A stretch of DNA of 64,000 bases from Rhizophagus irregularis (lineage: Eukaryota): positions 2,790,001 through 2,854,000 of the forward strand of contig NC_089434.1 of the NCBI RefSeq assembly GCF_026210795.1, written 5' to 3'. Each line of letters opens with the position of its first letter. The first letter of the stretch is position 1. The position numbers were made by a program, and so were the translations under genes. Of this stretch, positions 11,743 through 23,300 are shown piece after piece. The notes under the pieces are model-generated. The model worked only from the letters and a program-made list of their open reading frames with translations. It was not told the DNA's origin and ran no database searches.

Positions 11743-14700
11743 CTAATCTTTTCCTTCCTTCCCGTCGTCTTCTTCTTTGATTTTATCAATATTGTTAGCT
11801 GTTATTTCGGTAATAAGCTCATTAACAGCATTTCCATTAATTTCTTGTATTTGATTATTATTTCTATTTACTATTTGATGTGAATTTGATTGCAAATTAC
11901 GCGAAAATGCATCATGACATTGATGAATTTGTAAAAGAGTTATAATATTCAAAATATCATCAGTAAAAAAATTGTTGAAATGGGTGAAAGTAATTGGTAT
12001 AGGCCGAGAATGTTGTATAATATATTGAATATCAGGAAATTCTCCAAATGATGGCAGTTGTTGTATTATTTCCTCATTTTCATCATCATCCGAATTTTCT
12101 TCATATAATTGATCATTTTCATTCTGTGAATCTGATAATATACGTGATATTTCTAAAGCTGCATTGCCAACTATGGATGAACGATTTAAACTAGCTTCAT
12201 CAGAAGTATTAATTAATTCTACATAATAATTAATTAATAAATTGTAATTAAAATAATATTGCTTTAATTAATTAAATATAATTCTATTTATTTACCATTT
12301 AATTCATTATGTTGGTTATCTTCCTCATCGTATATAACATCTGTCATCTTTTCTATATGTGCAATAAATTCAGAAATTGAGGATTCTTCATGATTATCTA
12401 TATCATTGTTATTTACTTTACTCTTTTTGATGATTCGTCGATTATTTTTGAAAAAAATCTTAATAACAATATGATTAAAAATTTTAATATTAATTTATTA
12501 GGAAAATAATTTCTCTTCATAATAAACTGTATGAATATATTTTGTTAATGACAAAGCTTCATTAAATGCAACTCTGGTACATTCTTGTATATCATCAGTA
12601 GCAGGCCATATGCGAAGTCTTTCAATTATTTTATGTGGAAGTGACGTTCCATCTATATCAAAAATATAGCCTAAAAATATATTTATTGCTTATAAATTAT
12701 TTGAAGTATTTTAGAAGTTAAAATAAAAAAATGAACTGTAATTACCTGCTGCAGAATTACGGTCTCTATTAGTATCAATTATTCCTGCTCGTGAAATTTT
12801 ATCCCTATATGAAACTCTTTGTTGTATCTTTAAAAAACTCATAAAAATTAAAATCAGGAAGTATTCTTCGTGAAATCCCAAATGTATGTTTCAAAGCTTC
12901 AGTTCCATGTTCCCATGGAAATAAAGGATATTGCACGATGGTGCTATTACAAGCATTACCAAAGACTCCATACTAATAAAAATATCATAACTTTGAATTG
13001 AGATAAAACTTTTTGTAAGCTATACCATTTCATTGAATATTGTGTACTACAGCGTTTAATATAGTCCTTCCATATGTTTAAAAAAAAAATAAGCACGTAA
13101 TACCATTTCAATGCGCGTTTTATGATCAATTGTCCTATTTAAATAGGCATCACATAATTCTCCTAAAGATAAAAAGGCATACCGGTATTTAATAAATATT
13201 TAGATCAAATCAAAATAAAAAAGATACAAAAGATACAAAATAATTACTTAATAAGAATAGGTCATCAGTTAAAGTACCACTAACCGAAATTTGTATCAGA
13301 GTATTTGAATGAAAAGTACGTAATGCAGCTCTGTCGTCTTGTTTGTAAACATTAAGAACATCTCGTTCTAAAAGAAAATGTTGTGATTGATGTGCTAACT
13401 CAAAAAGTTGATCATAACAAACTATATCAATCCCAAGTGACAGAAGCCTTGCCCAGAAAAGATTTGATTCCTAGCTGTCTTTTTTGCATGTTTTGAATCC
13501 TGAACTCGAATAAATGGTTTATCATTATATAGTGTTGCTTTAAAATGAATTTTCTATAAAGAATCTTTATATTCAAAGAAATTCGATGCTTCATTTCTAA
13601 TAATTGATTGTGCATTAAACTCAGATCTAGCACCATCAGCTCCAAAACTTATAATGTTCAAATTTGCTACATGTGCCATTTCAATTACTTAAGTGTGCAA
13701 TTTGATCAGCTCCCTCATCACCTCTAGTAGGAATCATTGCTACTATCATTGATGCAACTTTCCCAATAGGAATCTAATTAGAAAAAAATATAACTAATTA
13801 ATATTTTATTAAAATTAATCTGTATATTTCATGATTATTAACCTTCAATGCTATACCACGAACTTGTGTAGCAATTGCATCATTTTCTCTAATATGATTA
13901 ATTTTTTGATGAACATCATCAAGTACTGCAATAGTTGTTTCTGAATGTGGTAAGGTTTCCAGCAAATCAGCAATATGGTTAAGTTCTTCAGCATATACAA
14001 GTTTTTTTCGTGATTTCGTAGAATCTGTCATGGCTATAATCTCTAATTAAGACTTGACACAATTTGTGAAAACTTCATAAAGTTTTCTATCACTAAATCA
14101 GGATTAGTAACTACAATGGAATCTGTTCTACGAATTTGTCTATTATTCAAAAGTTAATCAATTATCAATTTAGATAATTATATAATAATTTATTATATAA
14201 ATTCAAATAAATAAATAATAATTACCGAATTCTTTGAACTGAAAGTCCAGCAAAAGTCTTCTTAAAGATTTTGTATTCACGGCTACTTTCAGATAACAGA
14301 CTAAAGAAATGTATTAAATGCTCTGAGTATCGAAGTCCTTTCAAACTTTTACCCTACAATTTTTTTCCTCTAATTTGTACCATTAAGAACACAAGTTCAG
14401 TGAAAGTTTTATCTCCATTAAATGCTCACCTTAACCAAATTGAGCTACTTTGGTCCAAAATTCCGCATTATCACTTTTACTATTTGTAGCAGCCCAAATT
14501 TGCCGTAAATTTGTATTTTTGAGAAGCTCTAATAACAGTTGTTTATAATAATGACGAGGTGTAAAATTAACGGTACTACTTGTTGCCCGCTCCTTAAATA
14601 ATAAATATTTTTGTTAATTTATCAAAGTAAAAATAAAAGTAAAAAATATAAACTTTATTAAGCGCTTCATCCAAATTTTTATTACCCTTTAATTCTTCAC

Positions 14701-15240
14701 ACTTATTTATTACACAGAGAGCTTTCATTAGTTGTTCTTTTTTCACATTGTGCATGATATACTGCTAAATCTTCTTCAGCTTCCAATGCTCTCTCAAATT
14801 CTTTTAGTTGTTCTTTATTAAGTTTCTTTCTAGTAAAAGAATTTTTTCTGGAAACTTTTCTGGAAAAAGTTGTTTTGCTACAACTTCTGGCTTTTTTCTA
14901 CCACCAAAGCTAGCAGGACTATTTATAAATAATTAATATGCTCTAAATAACAGAGACCCTGACACCTAACAGCAATTCGTTTTCTATTTCTTTCATCGTT
15001 ACTTCCTTCATCATTCCTATTTTCTTCATTTTCTGATATGCTTTTTGAGAAAAAGATATTTATGCTTGGTTGTTAATTAAATAATAATCACAGTTTATAC
15101 TTTGAAAATGTCTTTGAAATTAGTAACTTGATATATAGCACCAAGCGAAACAGTTATACCACATTTACAAAGAACTTTTTAGTACTAATAAATTTTTGAA
15201 AGTTATCAAAAGAGGTAAAGCGAGTCATAAGAAGCGACAT
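11743..15240 (-). pseudogene. Multi-exon P-element-like DDE transposase pseudogene
   Basis: Minus-strand fragments in order: VLCKCG...RHF...C, CQGLC, CNKC, IAMTDSTK (about 14030), ISFGADG (about 13640), RVQDSKHAKKTARN (about 13490), KQDDRAA, WEHGTEALKHTFGISR (about 12900), then an acidic tail. Several frameshifts and stops. Confidence 0.7.
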
Positions 15241-15517
15241 TATCAAAAAATACTAAAGATCAGAAAAAATTTCGAATCAAATGATAATCGGGGGTCCATA
15301 AAAAAATATATATAACTGCGAATCAAACTAATGGGCGGTTACTTTTTTTGTAATATGTTAATGTGCGAATCTAAGCCTTAAGCGGTAATCAATTTTTTTT
15401 GCGAATCTAATAAAAACTGGTGACTATATAAATCAATTCGAATCCACATTATTTGAATTTATAGTAATATCCGAATGTTATTGTGGCGGGGATATATAGT
15501 AAAGATTTCCCGGTCCT

Positions 15518-15685
15518 TAATGTACGGGACATTTAGCAAATTTTAAAGAACTCGGAAATATTCGGTAAAGTTCACAATAGGATAAAATTATACCACCATT
15601 CTCGGAATAGTACTCCAAAATTAGCGTATAATTTTTATCTTATATCAGAACATTTCCGAGTTCTTTAAAATTTGCTAAGTGTCTC
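15518..15685. mobile_element. Small TIR element (TAATGTACGGGACA family)
   Basis: A roughly 38-bp inverted repeat, GGGACATTTAGCAAATTTTAAAGAACTCGGAAAT / ATTTCCGAGTTCTTTAAAATTTGCTAAGTGTCTC. It shares its left end and core with the adjacent element at 15706. Confidence 0.65.
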
Positions 15686-15705
15686 AACCGTTACAGCTGA
15701 TTTCA

Positions 15706-16356
15706 TAATGTACGGGACACCCATCATTTTTACTCCAAACTCGGTAAGATTCGGTATAATTCAGAATAAAATTAAAATTACACCACCGTGCTCGGACCAG
15801 TGCTCCGAATCTAACAATATGGACCTTATTCTGAACTTTACCGAATTTTACCGAATGTACGAGTCGTCTTCTCGGTAACTATTAGGTGTCCGTACATTTA
15901 GTGTTGCGATCCGTCAATCCGTCAATCCGTCAATCCGCGGATTTATCCGATTCGAAAATCATCCGGATCATCCGGATCATTCATCCGGACTAATCCGTTA
16001 TCCGTTATCTCTATGTTTTAACGGATTAGATCCGAATCATCCGGATCGTACATATAACTTTTTTTCATTCGGATTACAGCTGTTTTCATAAGACCTGGGA
16101 CAAAATAAATTTTTTGAACCCGACCGCCGACCCACCGATCCGGTTCAGTTGTTATTTATTTTACAAATCAAACTATCAAATCAGGATCACGTGCCCGGCT
16201 AAAAATACCGATCGGCGGATCGGCGGATCAGGTTCAAAAATTTAGTTTGTCCCAGGTCTTATGTAAATCGAATTTTCATCCGGATCATCCAATTTATTTT
16301 CGGACCGGATTGAACGGATGACAGATTCATCCGGATCGCAACACTACCGTACATTA
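15706..16356. mobile_element. Three-layer MITE nest (15706-16356 > 15899-16346 > about 16087-16263)
   Basis: Outer ends TAATGTACGGGACACC / GGTGTCCGTACATTA. Middle ends TAGTGTTGCGATCCG / CGGATCGCAACACTA with CCGTACATT duplicated. Inner ends CATAAGACCTGGGACAAA / TTTGTCCCAGGTCTTATG. Confidence 0.85.
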
Positions 16357-18156
16357 CTGTAATCCCATCCCAAAGCCCTCGCCGAACAGTTACTCATTAT
16401 AAAATTTTTTTGTGCTCTTAAAAATAATAAAAAAATTTTATAATAATTATGATTTAATAACAATATCATCAGTTTAGCATTATGACATAATTAGTTATTA
16501 GTAATAAAAATAATAATAAATATTGCATCATAGCTTCATTAAAGTGTAATTTTCTCGGTGGTTTGAAATACTAATCATTCAAATCACTCAATCATAAATT
16601 TAATAAATACAAAGAAAAAATCATCAAAACAATAATTAATAAAAAAAAATTTATAGTAGAGCTGACGATAATTGCCTATTTGGTGCTGATCTACTTGAAT
16701 ACTAGTTTCAGAAATAAAGGAAAGACGAATTTCAAACCACAAATTGCATTCGAAGTTGGACTAATACAATTCAAATAAAAAAGTGACCATATTATGTTTT
16801 TAATAATACCTAAATATTCATAGTGGCATTATAAAGAAAATCCAGAATGAGAGAATCAATTGATGCAGCATTTTAAACAAAGATCGGTTTATGTTGTGTA
16901 ATTAACAACTGATAGACGGTCGACCTGCATAAAAAATAACCAAAATTGGGTTGATTGATTGGTTGAATATTTTTATGCAGAATAAGTATATATATATAAA
17001 TTACGTTTTTAGACACTTTAAAATCCTTACCAAATTAAACTACAAAATGTTTTTGCTTTAAGATTCAAGGACGCACACCATAGACTTGCAACAAGCCAAT
17101 AATATTGTGATCAGCCGTGTTAATTACTTAGATTTACCGCTCTTGACCTTTAATGCTATTAATTGACAATGTTTTTATTTATTTACAACAAATCATTCTT
17201 ATTTAATGTTAATATGCACATATTTTTTAAAAATATTTCCACATTTTATAAGATTATGATTAGATAAAACTAAGATCGTCTTCGATTTTTGCGTCAGTTT
17301 CTTGGGCGCGGTGAATCTGAAGCTTTAACTTAGAAATACAAAAATTTGTCTTAGGCTATAATCGAACTAGTCAAAGCAAGCAAATGCTTTCCACCAGGAT
17401 AAGACTTTTAAAAGAAGTGTTGGAATTTTCTTTTATTTTTAGATGAACTTGGACTTGGATTTTAGGTACGGTGAATTCAAAACAGACTTGGATATACTGG
17501 ACTTTCCTTGGGAAAAAAGTATGAATTTAAGAGATTTGGGAGTTATGTTCCGTATATCAAAGTCGTTCGGCTTCAAATTTGAATCATATTTATCCACCAG
17601 GATTCATATTTTACGATTCTTAATTGGAGTGCATCACAAAATTTCCGATTATAATAACTATTAGTCTTATCGTCTTAGCCTCTATATCAGATTTTATTTT
17701 TTTTCTTGCCTCATTTGCTTAGCGTATGATACATTTCGACATTTTTATTGAAATTTTTCGTAACTTCCCTTTAAAATCATTTTAGCGCTAAAAGATATTT
17801 TTTTATAATTAAAAAAATGGTGTTTGTGTGACTAACGTTTAGATTAGCTTGTATAAATTAATTTTGAATTGCTGATCCGTATTCCTTATAGTTAAGACCC
17901 GCTTGATCGGCAAGTCATGTTGTACATCTTAGATAATGAAATTAAAGTTTTCCGCTTTTTAATTTTAATTTTTTTTTCTTGAACCGATCTTTTACAAATG
18001 GTACTTTCTTTTTTTTTTCAAAATTTCCTCTTTTCTCTTTCGAACACCTTTTTCTTTTCCTTTCTTTTTTTAAAAATTTTTCGTTTTTATTCTTTAGATT
18101 TGGTTTTTTTTTCCAAAATCGAAAAATTATTATTTTTTTTTATTAAATAATAATCT

Positions 18157-18987
18157 TTAATTCGCAATTCGCGAGAAATGGAAAGAAATTTATTAATGGT
18201 CAGCGGGGAAAACTTTAAAAACGTTATATCTTCCCACTTACCCATCCAAATTATGCGGTTTTTTATATCATTGATAGGTTGAGTTAAGAGCTTTTAAACA
18301 AGCCTAAAATCGCACAAATCCAATCACTAGAAGCCGAGATATTGCGTTTCAAAGATTTTATTCTGAAATTTTTATTGCATTTTCATAGTATTTTATGGTA
18401 ATCCTGAGCCGGAATTTGAATTTTGACCTATTTTGACTAACATTTTGAATTTTAAAAAGTTTTAACCAAATCCTTGCATTATTGACCATATTTAAATTTA
18501 AAATCATTAAGTTATTCCTAAAATTGCGAATTCTAAATGAGAGCTGAGATCATAAAATTGAATTTTTATATATAAAATGATCGCCACATTTTTACTATGT
18601 ACTTGTTGAATTGCTCTCATTTAGAATTCGCAATTTTAGGAATAATTCAATGATTTTAAATTTGAATATGGTCGACAATGCAAGGATTTGGTTAAGACTT
18701 TTTAAAATTCAAAACATTAGTCAAAATAGGTCAAAATTCAAATTCCGGCTCAGGATTATGAAAATGCAATAAAAATTTCAGGATGAAATCTTTGAAATGT
18801 AATATCTTGGCTTCTAGTGATTGGATTTATGCGATTTTAGGCTTGTTTAAAAGCTCTTAACTCAACCTATCCAATGATATAAAAAACCCGCATAATTTGG
18901 ATGGGTAAGTGGAAGATATAATGTTTTTAAAGTTTGTCCCGCTGACCATTAATAATTTCTTTCCATTTCTCGCGAATTGCGAATTAA
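18157..18987. repeat. Long foldback inverted repeat (arms 18157-18544 and 18613-18987, 68-bp spacer)
   Basis: The arms align as reverse complements throughout, with scattered substitutions and one indel of about 12 bp. Confidence 0.95.
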
Positions 18988-19275
18988 GACTTATATTATT
19001 TTTTTTTCGGTCTTTTTTTTTTAGCCCATATTATTAATTTTTTTTTTGAATTTTTTTTTTTAAACCTGATTTCTTCCCGATTTTCTATTTGCTCTCCCCA
19101 CAAATTTTTTCATTTTTATTTTTTCGATTTTTTTTTATTTTTTTTATTTTGTTTTTTTCCGGTTGGCTTTTTTCCAATCCAAAAAAATTTTTTCCGAATA
19201 CACCGAATACATTTTTTCACCAGATCGATGTTGCGGCATCACGGCAATTGCCTTTTTTCCCGATTCTTATTATTA

Positions 19276-19475
19276 CAGTGACACCTCTATAAGTGCACCC
19301 TCTATAATAAGTGCACGCACTATATAAATTCTCTTTAAGTGCACGGTGGGCCTGGTCCCAACTTATAAGAGCTCTTAATATTTTACTCTCTATAAATGCA
19401 CACCCTCTCTAAGTGCACATTCTACTATTTTTTTATTATGGTCCCAAGGAGGGTGCACTTAGAGAGGTGTCACTG
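19276..19475. mobile_element. Tc1/mariner-pogo-type MITE (200 bp)
   Basis: TIRs CAGTGACACCTCTATAAGTGCACCCTC / GAGGGTGCACTTAGAGAGGTGTCACTG flanked by TA, with internal AAGTGCAC repeats. Confidence 0.92.
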
Positions 19476-20339
19476 TAATTATAATATTATTTTTACTTCG
19501 GGTATATTGTCATTGCTATTCATTGATTTTTAAAGATTTATTAAATTAAGTAGAAATATTAAATTCTCAAATTTCATGTATGAATGAAAATAATAAACAA
19601 ATAATGGAAAAAAAGGATAATAATTTTAAAACTGCAAAGAAGATAGATTTATTGGATTTTTTTTTATAATTTTTTTTTATTACAATTTATTTTGAAAAGT
19701 CACGTGAAATAAACAAAATGCAATTAATGAATGTTATGCGTGATGATGATCAACCTTGAAGGGGTTATTTGATTGTGAGCTTAATAAAAATAAATTTAGC
19801 ACAATATTCATCTACTGTATAAGTAATATTTATTATAAAAGCAATATAAGTGATATTTAATCTATATGATGCAATGTGTCTATGATATTTGTGCAATAAT
19901 GTTTAACTTAGTTCTACTTAGTCTGAAAAATATCACACCGTTAAAAACAGCACGATCCTATTTGGCTGCATAATAATTAATATTAGTTACTTGAATGCTA
20001 AAGTGATAATATCCCGAAAAAAAAAATCTCTAAAAATAATTTAATTTTTATTTTCATTGCGCGATGAATATTTTTACAAAATGTTCATCGATACCATGTT
20101 AATCACTACCATTTTTCGGAGAAATTTTCTCGTCCTCGTCATCGTAATAATCATCGTCGTCATGAAATTTGGTGAAATGGAATTCGGCGAAATGGATGAT
20201 TCGGTGAACTTCAAATTTAGCTTTTCGGCGAAATGTCCCTTCGGTGAAAATCTCTTCGGCGAAACAATTTTATTAGTAAAAATGAGTATAATATATATAA
20301 TAAAATTAGTTGGTTGTTAATTTTTTTTATATTTACAGT

Positions 20340-20945
20340 ACTGTATCGCAGTCGCAATATAGTAAGTAATATAATCAATAAAACATTCTTTTTTTGGTTT
20401 TAGTAGATAAAATTGCAACATATTAATTATCTGTGACCAACAACTGACCTGTATATATTAAAATTTTTTTTAAAGTTCAACTTTTATTTTATTCCTAAAA
20501 AAGAAATGATGTCCTCCATCTAAGCTTTAAAGACACATAATCTCTGGAATGTTAATACAAGCATAGTAGCGTACATGAATTTACGGTAGCTGCAATATAG
20601 TAATATAATCGTGAAAAATATTTTTTGTTTTAGTAAATAGAATATTATTTACACTCATTATCTGTAGGAATCACTTAACTGTATATATTAAAAATTTTTT
20701 TTATTATTTAGTTCAATCTTTAAATCGTCTTCATGCAATTGTTTATAAAATTGATCACCACGGTCGGAGTTAAAACTCCGGTGGAAAAAATGATTTTTGG
20801 GTAACAACCATCTAAACCAGATTTATCTAGGGTCACTTGGAAAATTTCTAGTTCATAACGATATCTTTGACATAATTTTTACATTCATTATCTGTTGTTC
20901 CAACTGCTGACCTGACCTGTATATATTAAAATTTTTTTTATAGTA
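20340..20945. repeat. Three degenerate copies of a roughly 230-bp unit
   Basis: ATTATCTGT...CTGTATATATTAAAATTTTTTT recurs at about 20426-20470, 20657-20700 and 20887-20940. Confidence 0.6.
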
Positions 20946-22425
20946 TAAGGTTTAATGCTTCAATTGACTTTTACTTTAACCCAAAATCAGAAATGACGCC
21001 CAAAAGAATTCCCTAGAATCTCTAAAGATCATTAAGATTTAAAAGGTTTATTTAATCGTGTTTGGAAAGTTTCTAGTTCATCTTTTGTCACGTCAAACAT
21101 GTTATTCATGAATTTGCGGTAAATGGTCGGCATTGGTTGCCGAAATATAAACAGTAATACAATTTTGAGAAACAATATGCACAAAAAAAACCGTACTCAA
21201 AAAAAAAATTTTTTTTTTATTCATTCATTCAGGAAAAAAAAAAATATTTTATTTATTCATTTATTTTTATTCATTTAAAAATTTTTTTATTATTTGTCTA
21301 TTTTAAAAATTTTTTATAAATACGGTATTTTCCCCGTTAATTTTTTTATATACCATAAATACCATCCATAAATTGCAAATTTTTTGATGTACCGTATTTA
21401 AAAATTAATTAGAATTATTTCTTCTTTCGAAAGTTATACCAAGCATATTCATGAATTTCAATAGTTAATGACAGCTTCTCTTTTGAAGTTAATAATCTCT
21501 TCGCGTTTTGGATTATAACTATACTAATTATTGTCGCAAAATATCGCAAATGTCACGGGAACAGACGGACATAATGCATAATGAGCTAGCAGATTTTAAA
21601 CGTGAAAATAATGTGACCATTTGATATAACAGCTATCTTCATATCAATTTAAAAGAAAGGATAGGTATGCAAAAAGAAGTTATATGTCGTCATGCAATCT
21701 TAATTAATACAATTTCAATAAAATGCAAGGAGAAGTTTCATGTAACCAAAACAAACATCTAAAATAATGATAATCTCAATAAAATCAATGAATAAATGAT
21801 ATCAAAATAGTAATATATGAAAGAACTATGAAATAGGGGTTCACTGAGTAATTTCTCTGAGTCATAATTTCAACATACGGTACATACAGTGTAACCATAG
21901 TACAGACACAGCCTTATAACAGAGTTTTATGGAAGTTTTTATTCAAAGATTATGTAATAATATTATTAATAGTAATAATAATAATAATAGTAATACCATT
22001 CTAGTAGTATTCAATCAAATTTTTTAACGGATAATTGGTTTATAATATTTATAACAGATATAGTACATAATGAAACTTTTTATAGTTATAAACTTTAATC
22101 GATTCCAAAAATAAGTATTTACTTTATTTATCGAGATACATTTACATAGTATAGTATGTTATGTTAAATCTTAATTTTCACGTTTCAGTTACAAAAAAAA
22201 ACATGAAATTTCGCTTAAATATTTCTTATATAAAAAATTATGTTCTATTACTAAGTATTTATACTCTTAAATTTCTAAAAATCATATTGTAACTGGAATA
22301 ATCCCAATCTTATTCTAATTTTAAGACTTTTGGTTTCATTTAACTCTATTTAATCTAAGAAAATCATTGATCAAGTATAATCAGGTATCTTTATGATCAT
22401 CGCAGGACATGGTATTGTTTGACTA

Positions 22426-23300
22426 TCAATTATTGAAACCGTTTGTCGCATTGCTTTCGATATTTCCTTGAAAAGAAATCGTGTTTCCATCAGAATCTGA
22501 TCTCATTTCTCCCTCAGGAATGTAAAGAAATGACCTCAAATTTAGCTCGAGATTTAATTTTTGTTGCGAAGTTAATTTATGTTTTCTTTTCAGATCATTC
22601 ACATCAAAATCAATTCCATAAATTTTCTCGTTCAATATACTTAATATCGAAGAAGATGGTAAAAATTTACATCTAACGTGTTTTATATCATTTGAAATCT
22701 GGTAAAAAAATTCGTAATCGCAATCGTCATCGTCACTTTGATGATAATCTTGTAAAATTACGTGATAAATGCTATAATCATTCAGTGGTCGATAGAATAA
22801 TCCATTATTCAAATGCAAGCCTTGTTTTGGTAAATTATTCGGGAAGTAGCTGGTAATGATAAATAGATAAATTAATTATGTATCAAATAAAATGTTAAGG
22901 CATTAATTATTATTAATAAAATTAATGATTTAAAGGACACAAACCTTCTTAATAAAAGTTTTCCTTGTAGAAAAGGAAGAACGTTCTTTAAGCTTTGTTC
23001 AAGGTTTAATTTTTGATTCCAAGTTAATGTATATTTATACTTTAATTCATTTACATCGAAATCAATTCCGTAAATTTCCTTATTCAATATATGCATAATC
23101 AAAGAATGCGGTAATAATTTACATGTAACATAATAACTAGTATATAAACTCTGCTGGTGAAAGAACTCGTAATCGTAATCATCATTATAATTTTCTGAAA
23201 GTTGCCAGGTCATTTTGAAAGTTACATGATAAAAATTATTATCATTTGGTGGCTGATAAAATAATCTAAACTCATTCAACTGCAAGTTTTGCATTTGCAT
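22426..23300 (-). CDS. Orphan two-domain protein, paralog A (exons 23300-22945, 22849-22426)
   Basis: A GT-AG intron joins two ORFs, each with LFY(Q/R)P.ND...YHV...DYEFF...V.CK.LP.S.I..ILN..IYGIDFDVN.LK....LT..QKLNLE. Paralog at 46864-47770. Confidence 0.75.

Larger units (their letters stand above)
9479..15519 (-). mobile_element. Decayed P-element-like DNA transposon with two nested insertions
   Basis: Imperfect TIRs: CCGGGGTCGGAAAATCTTTATTGTTCCCGCCA versus the reverse complement of the right end, TAAGGACCGGGAAATCTTTACTATATATCCCCGCCA. GCGAATC subterminal repeats occur at both ends and a transposase pseudogene lies inside. No TSD found. Confidence 0.65.

Noticed and set aside
16630..16900. 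Coding-like relic (FQTTNCIRSWTNT)
   Set aside because: Several in-frame stops, and too short to assign without a search.
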